A DNA stretch of 63,954 nt, the filler included, from Conidiobolus incongruus B7586 (taxonomy: Eukaryota), in the NCBI GenBank assembly GCA_000697335.1. It is 10 parts of 10 records of this genome, joined end to end, with 100 filler letters (N's around TTAATTAATTAA, not from the genome) between each part and the next. Parts side by side here need not be neighbours in the genome. Positions count along the whole stretch, not along the records: positions 21,151 to 37,219 come from JNEM01006716.1; positions 37,320 to 49,624 come from JNEM01006718.1; 8 more parts are not named here. One strand, written 5' to 3'. A program made the translations under genes and the position numbers. Below, one piece after another: positions 25,239 to 39,601 of the stretch (within the stretch, counting starts at the first letter, position 1; every line of letters starts with the position of its first letter). The notes under the pieces were generated by a model. It searched no databases. It was not told the origin of the DNA and saw nothing but the letters and a program-made list of their open reading frames with translations.

Positions 25239-25706
25239 TTATTTAGTGGATTGACGAACGGATAAAGCGTGTTCTTCACCCATAGCAGAAACAACGGTAA
25301 CGAGAACATCACCTTCAGCGTTTTCGAAAGCTTCTTCAATTTGTTGACCAATTTCTCCTTCAGGAAGACGGACATCATCCTTCATATTACCATCACTGTC
25401 CATCAAATTCAAGAAACCATCATCAATGTTGATTAAGGTGTATTCGTTACGACCAACATTGGGGACATCCATGTTGTGAGTGGAGGGAGAAACATCTTCG
25501 TACTTCTTACCAGTGAAGATATCGATAGCAACCAAGTTAACCTTAGCGTGTCCGTGCTTACCAGTCTTGGAGGTGGACATATCAACAATCTTACAGGGAC
25601 GACCTTTGATAACAACGTGTCCGTTCTTACGTAAAGCGGAACATTGCATGGGATAGGTAAGGGAAGCTCCGGAGGAGGCTTGTTCGAAAGTATGATCGTC
25701 TTCCAT
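25239..25706 (-). CDS. TIF51: Translation factor eIF5A (copy 2)
   Basis: [12 protein letters not shown] motif; 155 aa, one amino-acid difference from copy 1. Confidence 0.97.
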   Translation of the reverse strand: MEDDHTFEQASSGASLTYPMQCSALRKNGHVVIKGRPCKIVDMSTSKTGKHGHAKVNLVAIDIFTGKKYEDVSPSTHNMDVPNVGRNEYTLINIDDGFLNLMDSDGNMKDDVRLPEGEIGQQIEEAFENAEGDVLVTVVSAMGEEHALSVRQSTK

Positions 25707-27876
25707 TATGTATAATTAATTCTAAAATATAGATAATTAATTTTGAAGATTATTCATTCAACTTATTTAAATACTTCGTTAATTATCAAAAATATGGGAA
25801 TATCATTATACTGAAAAAATTTACCAATTTTAATAAAATTCTTCCAGTTGATTGGTTAAAAAAATTTACAAAGTTTTGACATAATAGTATTGGACAGTTA
25901 CAAAAATCGTCAAGTTTAATACATTCTCCATACTTGTTTAATCAATTTAATTGGGTAAAAATGGGAACAATCTCAAGATAAATCTTTTAGATTCTTGTAA
26001 AAATTTACCAAGTTCAATTAATATAACTGACAATAGCCTTGACTTTTATTTGTATCAATCAGTTCAATTCAATTACTAATATAAATTAATAATTACAGAT
26101 GTGGTTTGATAAAATTTATAAAATTATCTAATGTTTCAATAAGTTCAATTTTATATTCTTAAGAATGCTGACATCACAAGTTTTCACATATAGTCAAATC
26201 AATTTTACAATTAAATTTTCAAATAAAAATTTATTATCAATTCTTGGTTAAATATTGTTTCCTTATTTCCTTTAGAGATCAATATAAAAAAGCAATATAC
26301 TCAAAAATAAATTTGTGTTAATGATATTTAAATTTTATCCATAGTTTAAAATATTTGATTTTGATGACAATTAGAGAACAAATTTTTTTCTTTGGATAAC
26401 TAGTTCTGTTTCAATTTATTAAATAAATTGTTGATTATTTACATTGCAAAAAATCATTGCTCAAAATGTGAAATATTGTTTTAAATATTTAGAGTATAAA
26501 AACTAAATATAAAATTATCAATTTTATATTTTAATTTATTATCATAAATTATGTTTAAATAGTTAAAATGTAAAGTTGTGCAATTTGAAAAAAATTAAAC
26601 TGATTAAATTTAAATATGATCAAAATAGATGATTTTTGATATTAAATTAATGGAACTTTTTATAATTGAAACATTTTTTAAATGTTTCTGAACAGAATAG
26701 TGCTTAGCCTGTAATATTGTGTCGAGAAAAATATGATGTCGCTTACTCAGTTTTAAAAGGCTGTATATATTTAAAATCGGATGTTGTATAATTTACAATA
26801 TATAATAATAAACTAGCAAAATATTTGATATTAATATCTAAATATATAGATTATTTTTACTTCATAATATATTTAATCATAATAATAGTTTTGAATTTTT
26901 TTCAATGTTATTTACTGCCTCAATATATATTTGAAAAATTGGACTCTTATAATAATATAATAGAAAAAATAAAAGCATTAGGGAATTTTCAATCAATATA
27001 GATATATATTATTTATGATATTTTTAGATATCATTAGTTTTTATTATTTGAATTATTATATTTATGAAATAATAAATATTAAAAAATTAATCAACATCCA
27101 TAATATATTATATTCATATGCTAATATTGCTTTTTTAATTAATATTTAAATTGTTAATTTGAAACAATATTATTCTAATATCAATATAAAGTAATTTCCA
27201 TATTTGTATATCTTTATAATGTAATAGCATAATATACTTAGCTTATATTTTTTAATCATTACTTGAAATTATAAATAATCATATGTATACTGGGTAGTAT
27301 TTGACTAATTGGTTTAAATCCAAAAGTATTTTTATCAATTATCAAAAAATTGCCAAATTATTAAACTAAATTTGGAACTTTAAAATGATATGCCAATATT
27401 ATAATAAATAATTATGAATATAAAAATACACTTGGAATCTTGCCCAATTTAATTTTGCTTATTATATTGATATTCTTTAATTTTAATATACAGTTATATA
27501 ATTTTATTAGGTCAATATTCATATATTTTATAAAACAAACTTTTGTCAAATTATTAGTTTAAAATAATATTGATTATAAAACAATTCAACACATATTAAT
27601 ATAATTTAGAATAAATAATGCTATTCTCTTTAAAATAATTCAAATTTTGACTAACATATGATTATTATTAAATTTAATAACTTTTATCAATCATATTGAT
27701 TAATTATTTCCAATAACCCATAAATGTTAGTATGATCAATATTGGCATATAAACCCATTCACACTGATAAATTCAAGCTAAAATCAAAAATAATATTAAA
27801 ACAGTACTATATAGATAATTAATTAAATAAAATATAAAAATATTTAATGTTATATTAAAATAAATAATTAAAATCA

Positions 27877-30397
27877 ATGACAAAGAATAAATCTAAACAT
27901 ATTGACTTTTATGACAATAGTAGCAATTCAGATCCCGAAATAGAAATTTCTGAAGAACCTCCCCAAAAACAGCAACAGACTCAAGCTAAATATTTACAGC
28001 AACAGAAGCAAAATTTACAACAATTTAGGAAAAATTTGCCTATTTACAGTGGGAGAGGGGAAATCGTAAATTATATTCGCAAGAATGAAGTGACTATTAT
28101 CGTTGGGGAAACAGGGAGTGGTAAAACCACTCAAATTCCTCAATATTTGTATGAAGAAAAGTTTATCTGTGGTAATAGGGTGATTGGTGTGACCCAGCCA
28201 CGTAAGGTTGCTGCGGTATCGTTGGCTGGGAGAGTCGCTCAGGAAGTTGGAACGACTGTGGGTGACGTGGTAGGTTATTCTGTGCGTTTCGATAATTGTT
28301 GTAGTGATAAGACGAGGATCAAATACGTTACGGATGGTATGTTACTCAGGGAAAGTTTAATGGATTCAAATTTCGATCAGTATAGTGTGATTATTTTGGA
28401 CGAAGCTCACGAACGTACATTGAGAACGGATGTTTTGTTGGGTTTGTGCAAAGAAGCTTTGGCAAAGCGTAGAAAGACTAAAAATCCTTTAAAGTTGGTA
28501 GTAATGAGTGCTACTTTGCAAGCTGATAAATTTTCAGATTTCTTTAACAAGTAATTAATTTACGACTTTTATGATTTATCATTAATTCTTGTATCTTTTT
28601 AGTGCTCCTATTTTGTGGGTTGAAGGTAGAACATATCCAGTCAAAATGATGTATACAGTGACGCCATACCCCGATTATTTGGACGCATGTATCTTGACCA
28701 CATTCCAAATTCATTTAACACAACCCATGGGGGATATCCTAGTGTTTTTAACGGGTCAAGAAGAAATTGAATCTTTAGAAAAAGCTATAAAAGAATATAC
28801 TGAAAAACTTCCTTCATCAACTACTAAAGTAATATCATTAGTTTCAATAATATATTATATATTGATCATTTATATAGTTGGTAGTTGCTACACTATTCGC
28901 CAATTTACCATCGAACCAACAGCAAAAAACTTTGACGCCCTTACCCAAAGGTCAACGTAAAGTGATTTTAAGTACGAATATTGCTGAAACTTCCTTAACG
29001 ATTCCCAATGTCAAATACATTATTGATCCTGGATTGGCTAAAGTCAGAGGATTTGATTCTAACCTAGGTAATTTTGAACTTTACTATTGGTTATTGTGAA
29101 TTTATCAATATTTTATAAAGGTATTGAATCTTTACTTGTACAGCCTATTTCTCAAAGTGGTGCTCAACAGAGAGCGGGTAGAGCTGGAAGAGAAGTAATA
29201 CATTTATGCCATTTAATATTATGAATGCTTATTAATAAAATATTAGGCACCCGGTACATGTTACAGATTGTACACTGAAGAAACATTTCAATCTATGGCA
29301 ACTGAAGATATTCCAGAAATTCAAAGGTAAAAAAAATCTATCGACTTAAAGTACTTTGATTAACATATAATATCATCCAATAGATGCAACTTAGCCTTTG
29401 CAGTTTTGACTCTCAAGGCATTTGGAATCAAAGATATCCTAAAATTTCCTTTTATGACGCCACCTCAGCGCAAAAGCCTCATTTTAGCACTCGAGCACCT
29501 CTATTCGCTTAATGCACTTGACAACTCTGGTGAATTAACACAACTTGGTCGAGATATGTCATCATTCCCACTAGAACCTCGATTTGCCAAAATTTTAATC
29601 GAATCAAAGGTAATATCAACTCTAATCATAATTTATTATTAATTATTGACAATGCTTTAGAAATTTAGATGCACCGATCCAGTCCTAACTATTTTATCAT
29701 TACTCTCCGTTGATAATTTATTTTATTCGTCGAGTGAGAATAGGGAACAAGCTCAAGAAGCTAAAAAGAAATTTATTAATACAACTGGTAAATTATATAT
29801 TATTTCTTTATTTAAACTATAACTCTGAATTATATTATTAGGCGATCATATAACCTACCTCAACCTTTATAAAGCTTACAAATCGCACAACGGATCTTCG
29901 GCATGGTGCAAGAAGAATTATATTAATAAGCGATCTATGAACTATGTGGACGAGATTAAAACTCAGTTGGTGAATCATTGTGAACGCCTCGGTATCGATC
30001 CCAAAACTACTACGGACGACAGTCAAACCATTTTGCAATGTATGCTAACTGGTAACTTTATGAATACTGCTCTCTTGCAGCCCGATGGCACTTATAAATC
30101 GGTGGTGGGTAAACAGGTAATTGTATTTTTCAAATTGATCTTTATCATTATATTAATTTTATTTATTCTAATTTATAGAAAGTTTACATTCATCCCATGT
30201 CAACTATCTTTACCAAAAAACCAGAAGCTGTAATGTACAACGAACTGGTAATACATCGTTTACTACTGTTTAATTTATTTCATTAACATTGAATATAGAT
30301 CTTCACGACGAAACACTATATGAGAGGAATCTCAATCATCCTACCTCAATGGATTGTTCAATCAGCACCTCATTATTTGGGGAAGAAATCCAATTGA
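27877..30397 (+). CDS. DHR2: DEAH-box RNA helicase, Dhr2/DHX33-like, multi-exon
   Basis: [41 protein letters not shown] and QRAGRAGRE, plus HA2/OB-like C-terminal exons. About ten short GT-AG introns; stop TGA at 30395-30397. The short N-terminus favours Dhr2/DHX33 over Prp22/Prp16/Prp2. Confidence 0.8.
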
Positions 30398-30899
30398 ATT
30401 TTATATAGTGCTATAGATATAATAAATTTTTGATAGTTTTTTTTTTGAAATAATAAATTTGGTATTATACCTCTATATATTAGTTCAAATATATAACATT
30501 CCATTTAATTTATATTTGATGTTGACAGGATTTTAAGTTTTACATAATATTCTTTAATTTATTAGAAAATATCTGGAAAATCCAATCACAAATTAGAATG
30601 CACAATCTGCTAGACATTTATTAATTAGATAATATAAAAATAAATATTTCAAGTATCAACTAATCATATTATTATATCAGTTAATTATATATATCTATTA
30701 TTTTCATTTAGTCATACATTTTAATTTCAGCCAATCAATTCATTCCAATTCCCAAAAATTTAACAAATCAATCTCAAAAACCCATTAAATTAGTTCAATT
30801 CCCTAAAATGATTTCAGCTGTAAAAATTTAATCATATTTGTTTCTTGAATTAGAAAAAAAAAATAATTGTAAAATATAATTAAGAAAAAAAATAGAGAT

Positions 30900-32149
30900 A
30901 TGGCATCATCCGATAATTTTATAAGTGAATCAGATCTTTCCGAATTGACGGAGATTGAAGAGGGGGAAATGAATGAGGATGTTCAACGACAACAAGGCGA
31001 AACAGTTATTAGTAGTAATCATAATCAGATAGAACAACAAGATAAAAACGATCAAAATAATAATAATAACAATAATAACAATGATAATATCATTGTAAAT
31101 CAAAATATTGAAATCAAAAAAGAGAGTGTAGCATTAACATCTAATATAAGTGTACAATCTGTTGATACTCAAAATTCTGTAACTAATTCAATAGATAAGC
31201 AAAAGGAAAATGGTAAATTAATTAACTAAATTATTCAAAATATTTATATTATTAAATTGATAATTAATATTTAATCTATCTCAGAATTACGTAGGATTAA
31301 AGAGTAATATATTGTGTATTTATATATTATATATAAACTGATATTAATACCAATATTCAATAGATTAGAGTCCACTATAAAATTAGATAATTGGACTAAA
31401 GACTTTCAAAAAGGTTTTATTTCATATATAAAAAAATATTATGATAACCAATTATTTTGTATTATTAGATTCTATTTCCAATGAAGAGATAAAAGCATTA
31501 GAAGGCATATATTTGAAGCAACTGATAAAAATGGGATTAAGATATCCCCACTTAAAACAATTAAATTTATCCAAAGAATTTATGGAAGCTAATGCTTCTA
31601 AAATTCCGCAAATGAATGGAAGTTATAAAACACTTGAAGACATCAACAACAGCAACAACAACCAACCTTCAAATACAACTGTCAGAGTATCCGAAACCTT
31701 CAAGCATCAAATCAAATCAAAACTCACCAACGTTCCAACCAATCCAAATCCTATATTTAATCACCATTCACCTATTTTCCATAGAAATCACTCTTCCAAT
31801 GGGTTTAATAGACCCAATAATGCCTTCCAATCCCCCCATTTCCAATCACCAGCACCTCCTGTTCCATTCCACTCAAGGTAAATCCCCATTTTTCCATTTT
31901 TAACTGATATTTCATACCAAGTTTAGACCTGGACCCCCAGCACCTCGTCCCCGAGGTGGGTACCATAATACCAACTTCCGATATTCTAACTCCAACGTTT
32001 TTAACCCTTCGCCAGCGCACCATTGGACTAACGGCACTCAGAACGACGCGAACGAATTCCAAGACGACGACCAATATCACCCCATCCAAAATTTCGAGTA
32101 TGTATTTAATCACTTCCAAGATCGTCATCGACATCCCATCAGCTTTTAA
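30900..32149 (+). CDS. Hypothetical multi-exon low-complexity protein
   Basis: Acidic/N-rich exon 1, small internal exons, exon ~31469-31877, and a last exon from 31927 reading RPGPPAPRPRGGYHN...PISF*. The 3' end is uncertain. Confidence 0.6.
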
Positions 32150-33024
32150 TACTACTATAAGTATTTCCATTAACACCACAGGTATTTTAATCTATTTAGG
32201 TTTATTTTTTTCAGATTTGTGAAATACTAGGATTATTATAATTATAAAGGAATATAGTTGAATTAGGAATATTTGGATTAAATATTATATTAATTTTTAT
32301 TTACAAAAGAACAAATAATATTATTAATAAAAATATTCAATATTATTACCAATCTTTATAGTTAATTTTAATTTATAATCCTATAATAAAAAATGAAGAA
32401 CTGATATAGATTTAATTAGTAATAATAATATTTAAGAATTTAAAGTTTTTCAAATTAAAATTAAAAAATAACTCAAAAAGATATTACAGGGTTTTCAATT
32501 AAATATTTTATTTTTCAAACGAAATTATATTAGTTTCATAAAATTAGCTTAATATAATTTATCAATTTATTTTAAGTGTTAATACTTGATTTTGGATTAT
32601 TTATTATTATATATTTAACGAGAAATAATATTAAATCAATGTTATAGTGAATTAATTATTATCTGTATTCAATTTTGAAAAATTGATATTTTTCTAGTGT
32701 TTTAAAATTATTCAAATTATTAAAATATAAACTATGTTCTTAATATGTATAAAACGATATTGCTTTAAATAAATGAATTAACAGTATTTATTTTAAGAAA
32801 AATTACAATCAAATGATTTAAAAATTACAAAATTTCTAACACGAATTATAATAAAAAAAATTCATTTTAATTTTAATCTTAATTATTCTGAAATTCTCAA
32901 ATATTCTCGAAAACAAATTCCCATAATTATTTATAATTATAAAATTTATAAATTGAACCTAAGCACACAAAATTTAAGGTCATAAAATTATAATAAATTT
33001 AAGAATTAAATTTAATTATTAAAA

Positions 33025-33766
33025 ATGGTAAATTATTAAAAAATAATCATTTATTAACCAAATAAAACTAATTATAATTCCCAAATTTTTAGTCTTATTT
33101 CTTACCCCACTTGACAAATGGTAATCTATTATACCAATTATTATTAAAATTGACTAATACAATATCCAAATAATAATAGAATTAACCTGACCTCAAATTA
33201 ATTAATATTTAGGTTGGCAAGTTGATCAAGCTATCGTTACTGAAGAAGAACGAGTAGTCGTGATTCGATTTGGTCACGATTGGGTAATGTTTAATGCTTA
33301 TTGACTTATTTAATTATACATTAATTTTATTTTAGGATCCTACATGTATGCAAATGGACGAAATATTATATAGCGTAGCCGAAAGGGTTAAAAATTTCGC
33401 CGTAATTTATTTAGTTGATATTTCAGACGTGCCTGACTTTAATAAGGTATTCACTATATTCACTATTAAATATTATTGATTATTAATTAATACTATTTAG
33501 ATGTATGAATTATACGACGACTGTACCACGATGTTCTTCTACCGTAACAAGCATATTATGATCGATTTGGGGACTGGTAATAATAATAAAATTAATTGGG
33601 CTTTGGACGATAAGCAAGAGATGATAGATATTATTGAAACGGTTTATAGAGGTGCTAAAAAAGGTAATTATCATACTATTTATTGCTATTGTTATATTAA
33701 CTTTATGCTTTAGGACGTGGTTTAGTGGTATCCCCCAAAGATTATTCTACCAAATACAAGTATTAG
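33025..33766 (+). CDS. DIB1: U5 snRNP protein Dib1/Dim1 (TXNL4A), six exons
   Basis: Spliced: M|SYFLPHLTNG|WQVDQAIVTEEERVVVIRFGHDW|DPTCMQMDE...VPDFNK|MYELYD...HIMIDLGTGNNNKINW...RGAKKG|RGLVVSPKDYSTKYKY*. Confidence 0.95.
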
Positions 33767-35011
33767 ATTGGGTGGTATTATACAAATTATTATGATCCTT
33801 GTTATCCCTTTTAAATATACATTATTACTTATCGTTTTAGGAATTCATTTTATAGCCAATTTTTGAATTTTTATTTTTTTTTTTCTCAATATTTAAATAA
33901 TTTCAATTAGACAAGCTAGTTTTTAATAGGTATAGAATTTTGAGTTGATTATCCTCAATTTTCACATTCATCATTGTATTAGTTTTTCAGAAAAATAATT
34001 TTAAAATAATGATATTTTTAGATTTAAATCCAATTCTCAAAATTACCTTTTAATTGATTATTAAATGTAAATAATAACCTTTAACTAAACAAATTGTGCG
34101 TATTGAATTATATAAAGCCAAATATCATTTGTTTTTTATTACTCTAACTATAATACTGGCAATTGATGAGTAAAACATTTATTTAATCTTTTTTCTAATT
34201 GTTTATTCATATATCATAGCATATACCTTTAAATGACTATTCTTAATTTTGAAATATTGTTTTTGAAACTTATGGGTTTTTACAAAACAACATATTAATC
34301 TATTAATTCACAGAAACTATAGTACAAAATCATTTGTTAGAAGTTTCTCTCTTTATAAAATTCAAATAGTAAAACTATGAGTAAAATTGAATTTCATTTA
34401 GAATCGATTGTCATTCAACCTTACCTACTAACAAAATCAATTAAGAAAAAATATTTCAATTCATATCTATTATATTAATCTAAAATGAAATTATAAATTG
34501 TAATTCAATGCAATATTTTATAGTGAAAAAATGTTTACCTCTCATTTCAAGAATCATTTAAGATAAATTGAAATATTCAACAATTGATTTGAAGTTATTA
34601 TCACTAATGACTCAAGTTGTTTCAAGATTCTATCACAAGTTTCTTGAACCTATTAGATTAGATGCATGAGTTGAATTAAAAATGTATATTATATTCAATA
34701 TATATTATATTACAAGTTTGAAAATATACTAATAAATTTCGTAATTTTAATTCAATCTTATCTGATAGAATGATTATACTATCTAAATTACACAATATCC
34801 AATTTAAAATTTTATTTGAATAAATTCAATTAAATAAGTATCAAATTCAAAAATAAATTATCCCATAACTTTATATCAAAGGACTATTTAATAAATGTAA
34901 AAAATTAATACCGTGCGACTCCCTCTTAACACCAGTTGGTAAACTTTAGATTCTGAACGGAAAAAATCGCGTTTTTGAGTCTATAAACAAAATCACCTTC
35001 ATAAATACAAT

Positions 35012-35461
35012 ATGTTGATCTCTAAGCAAAACAGAAAAATCATCTACGAAAACCTTTTCAAGGAAGGTGTTTTGGTTGCCAAAAAGGACTACAACTTGCC
35101 CCGTCACCCCACCCTTAAGGTCTCCAACTTGGAAGTTATCAAGGCTTGCCAATCTTTGAACTCCCGTGGCTACGTCAAGACCCAATTCTCTTGGCAATAC
35201 TACTATTACTCTTTGACCGATGAAGGTATCAACTACTTGAGAGAATACCTCCACCTCCCCGCCGAAATTGTCCCCGCCACTCACAAGAAGGTTACCCGTA
35301 CCTCCGCTCCTCGTGCTGGTGGTCGCGATTGGGATGGTGAACGTGCTCCTCGTGGAGATCGTGAAGATTACCGTGGTGCCAAGAAGGAAGGTGCTGCCGG
35401 TGATTTCCAACCTCAATTCCGTGGTGGAAACAACCGTGCTGCCGCTAACACTGAAGCCTAA
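35012..35461 (+). CDS. RPS10: 40S ribosomal protein S10 (eS10)
   Basis: [55 protein letters not shown]; strong codon bias. Confidence 0.97.
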   Translation: MLISKQNRKIIYENLFKEGVLVAKKDYNLPRHPTLKVSNLEVIKACQSLNSRGYVKTQFSWQYYYYSLTDEGINYLREYLHLPAEIVPATHKKVTRTSAPRAGGRDWDGERAPRGDREDYRGAKKEGAAGDFQPQFRGGNNRAAANTEA

Positions 35462-37219
35462 TTGTGTATAGGAATAAATAGCTTTCAGAGTTAGGTAAAA
35501 GCTAATCGATACTAACCAACCTCAATTTTACTCTCCGTATTAGATTATTTCGGCATACCTATACACATCCAACTCAATTCCATTTATTATAATATAAATC
35601 ATATGTCAGTTAACTTACTCAAAATACACTCACCCCGTTTAGGAAAAAAGCGAACCTAAAAATCCAATAGATTTGTCTGAACTTTCAATCTCTTATTTGA
35701 TCTTCCTCTATGTTGGATTTCAATCATTATTTCAACTTAATATCTTTATCTTGTCATATTTTTGGGCTTTAATTGTTGGAGGATTAGATTTTGGTCCTTT
35801 TCGGTGATATTTTATTCTTCAAATGAATTGATCTTTTTCAAAATGAATTTTAATTTACCATTTATTGGGTTATTAGAATTTCTTTCTTATATATCCAGAT
35901 CTTTTATGTTATTTCTACTTCAATATTATTTTGAATATACTCTTTACTATTCAACATAATCTACACTTTTTATCTATTTATTTCTCCATAGTCTGAATTT
36001 CATATCTTTTTTATTTGAGATTTGATTCATTAAAACTATTTCAGTGTAACTCTTTTACTTTTCAACTTTATTTTTTTCATCTAATTTTAATATATTCTTC
36101 AAATATAATATTATTTCTATTATTTTGAATTATTGAATATTGGTTACTTAAATACTTAATATATCATTTATATTTGAACCTGTTTATATCGCTACCGAAA
36201 ACTCTGATTTTATTTAGATAATATACTTACCTTTAGTTACCTATATATTTTAAATTAACTCCCAATCTCTATTATCTTATAAAAATTTCCATTTTTATTT
36301 TCATTCGCTTTAATATTTTTGTACATTCCATCTTTATTTTGATTTATTATCTTTTATTAGCATGAATAAATATATTATATCATATTAATTTAAAACATAA
36401 TATTTTAGCTTCAATTTATTTTGATAAAATTGACAATTTGCTCTATTTTTCAATAATCAAGACAAGAATCATGAGTATTTTTAAATATTTAAAATCAATA
36501 TTAATATAAATATATGATTTCATTATTCAAATTTTACAATATAGATATAACTCAATTAATATTATTAATAACAAAATTTAATAATTTTTTGAAGGATATG
36601 TATCAACATTATAAAACTTTGATTTAATAGCATTGATAGTTTATTTCAATCTTTTTTCATATCAAATTAATATTACCAATTATACAACGAAATTATTTAA
36701 CATTTTAACTTTTCACATCAAATAGGAACTTAAACTAAAACCAATATTTGATATGTTAGCTTTTCATTCGTTTCGTTTTTTGTGATAGTTAATTCACTAA
36801 ACTGATTAATGTAAATCAAATACACAATTTTCAACAATTGATATTGGTGAGTATAAAAAGGATTAATATTTTTTAAATACTCAATTTATTATATAATCGA
36901 TGAAACTTCACATTTTAATAAAATATTTTTAATATTATCAACAAAGATGGATTTAATTTTTATTAATAAAATTATCATTTTCTTTGTAGTTTATATCTCC
37001 AAGATATATTTTATATTTTATGTTTTATATTTTAATAAACTTTATCTTATTAAATAAAAAGATATATAAATAATAAAAATAATTTATGTTTATTATAATA
37101 TATAATATTAACTTTGCTTTTAAATAAAAATTACTATAAAATATTTATTAAAATAATATTTAAAAAATTGATTTATAATTATAAATTCAATAACTTTAAT
37201 TTAATAATATTTATTTAAA

Positions 37220-37319
37220 NNNNNNNNNNNNNNNNNNNNNNNNNNNNNNNNNNNNNNNNNNNNTTAATTAATTAANNNNNNNNNNNNNNNNNNNNNNNNN
37301 NNNNNNNNNNNNNNNNNNN
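37220..37319. other. Artificial scaffold gap linker
   Basis: N44-TTAATTAATTAA-N44. Confidence 0.97.
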
Positions 37320-37322
37320 TCA

Positions 37323-38625
37323 CTCTGTATTTTTAATAATAGGAATTTTTTGCAATTAAAAATAAATAAACATTTGAATATATGATATATAAAAATAAAT
37401 ATATAATATAAATTTAATAGTTTCTTTTATTATTAATAACTTTTTGCTATATTTTTAGCAAACTTCTAACACCTAAAAAATAGTTCTTTTTATTAAAGAC
37501 TAAAATTTGATATTTTACAAACTAATTAAATTTTCCTGTAGAAATTTTCTTTTCTATAAGCTGGTTTTTTAATTACCTAAAGCAATTATAATCACATAGG
37601 TTATAATCAAAGGAATATACTAGATATAGTAGTTTTTTCCAGTTATTTTTAATTAGAAAGTTTTTTACAGCTTTAGATTTATGTATTTTACAATTATCAT
37701 GTAAAATAATAGGTTTTCTTAAATTATATTAAAAACACCAATTAGAAATACTTTTATTTAAAAAAACAATATATAGTTTATTATTAATTGATTTTCCTTT
37801 AGGAACTAAATAAAAATAGCATATATTATTATAATCTATTACAATAATTAATATTCACTTATTAACAAAATATTTATTTAAAGGGATTTATAAAGAAGGT
37901 TGATTTAACTTAATCTAACATATTGATTTGTGTTTTAGTAAAGGATTATACATAAAGATTTAAAATTCATCAATTGTAATTATTCACTGTAAAAGTTTAA
38001 GCTTCTAGTAATATTTTAATAAGTTTTGTTTAATAATAGCTATTCTAATTTTTTTTAAGTTTTAGTTAAATTATAAGGTATTTATTTTACATTTTTATTT
38101 ATTAATTTTAGTTTAAACTTTAAAATATATAAAATACTTGTAAAACTAATATTAAAGTACTTAGATAATTCTCTAGCTAAAATAAAAAGGTACTTTTCAA
38201 TATATTTTTTCACTTTATTTATAATTGAAAAAGTAACAGTTAAAGTTAATCTTTTAAATTTTAACAGGTTTTAAATAGTTTCTCTTTTAACTTTAAAGTA
38301 ATTTACCTAATAATAAATTGTTAATTTAGATAATATTTTATTATTAAAAGCTACTTATAAATTTTAAATAATTTTAAAGGGTTTAAAGTTAAGTTTTACT
38401 AATACTAAAATAAAAAACTTTTGATGATTACTATTTAGTTTAAGCATAATTAAATTAAATAACCAATTTTAAAAAGTTAATTTTTTAATCAAAAAAACTA
38501 ATATATATATATATATTAAAAATATATAATTTCCTATTAACTTTGTATATATTTATTCATTTCAAATTAATAATATGTTTGAAAAATCAGAAATTAAAAA
38601 ATTTCCTATTATTTCAAATTCAAGG
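37323..38625 (-). mobile_element. Full-length (~1.3 kb) mariner relic (subfamily B)
   Basis: Reverse complement of 21151-22333. Retains ATG, IDES and ILHDNCKIH (D2). Imperfect ~30-bp TIRs at both ends, with TA at 38626. Confidence 0.9.
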
Positions 38626-39601
38626 TAATAAAATTTTAAATAATAATAAATTTAAAATTTTTAATTAGTTAATAATTTTTTTAAAAAAAGAATGATAATT
38701 TAATTATAAAATTTCTTAAAAAAATTTTACTTTTATTCTTTTTAATAATATAAAAATTATTCTAATAATTGAGTAAACAATTATAATATAATGATATTCT
38801 ATATTATTAATTATAGTATTATTTCACATGTAAAATATCTTTAAAATCAGTAATTGTTATTATTTATTATATTTATTGCATTTTTATTTTTATTTATATT
38901 TTGTTTCACTTCGAAGTGTTCAAATTTGAACTTTTACCATATTTGTTCATTTTCTAATTTCAACATAAGTATATTTAATTATTATTTTGATATTAGTACT
39001 GAAGTTCTGGGATAATATACTTCGCGCAGTCTTATAATATTGAATTCCAAATATTAGAGCTGGCGCAAGATCTACTTTTAAGAAACTAAGAGCAGTATTG
39101 TTAGAATGTTCCCCTTAACATTTCATCATTACAAATTCAAAATTATTAATCTACCTTGTGTTGATTAGTTTATTTCGATATAAATAATCGATGTAACAAA
39201 ACTATTAAAAAATGATAGAGTTTCTTTGGACTGGGTCATTTGCTATAGTATTGATAATATAATTAAGAATAAAATTATTAATTAAAAATGTTCTAAATAA
39301 TAACTAGAATTTAAAATTCAGGGATTTAATAAGAATCAATACTTAAAATAAATTCAAACTTGTTAGATTATATTTGGAAAAAAACTTATGTGAAAATGGT
39401 AAATGAAATCGATATATTATTGAAAAATTGTATAAAACTCTATATAAAATAAATTTATAATATAAAAATAACAAATTGAAAATTTTGTGACTAAAATAGT
39501 CGTTATATTGATAAAAGCAAAAAAAATAATCAATAATATAGGTAATTGAGAGATTACCATTATAAAAAGGGAAGGGTGTGTAAATTCATATTCCATTGAG
39601 T

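Noticed and set aside
34946..35416. 156-aa antisense ORF over RPS10, and similar shadow ORFs over INO1, eIF5A, CAP, ferritin and the kinase
   Set aside because: Expected by-products of codon bias on the real coding strand; no independent motifs.
35600..36370. Pyrimidine-skewed stretch that reads like a K/E/N-rich coiled-coil gene on the minus strand
   Set aside because: Multiple stops in every frame and no identifiable motif; it may be a decayed gene but cannot be supported.
39020..39070. Imperfect hairpin GCGCAGTCTT..AATATT..AATATTAGAGCTGGCGC
   Set aside because: Several bulges, single copy and no ncRNA family features; plausible by chance.
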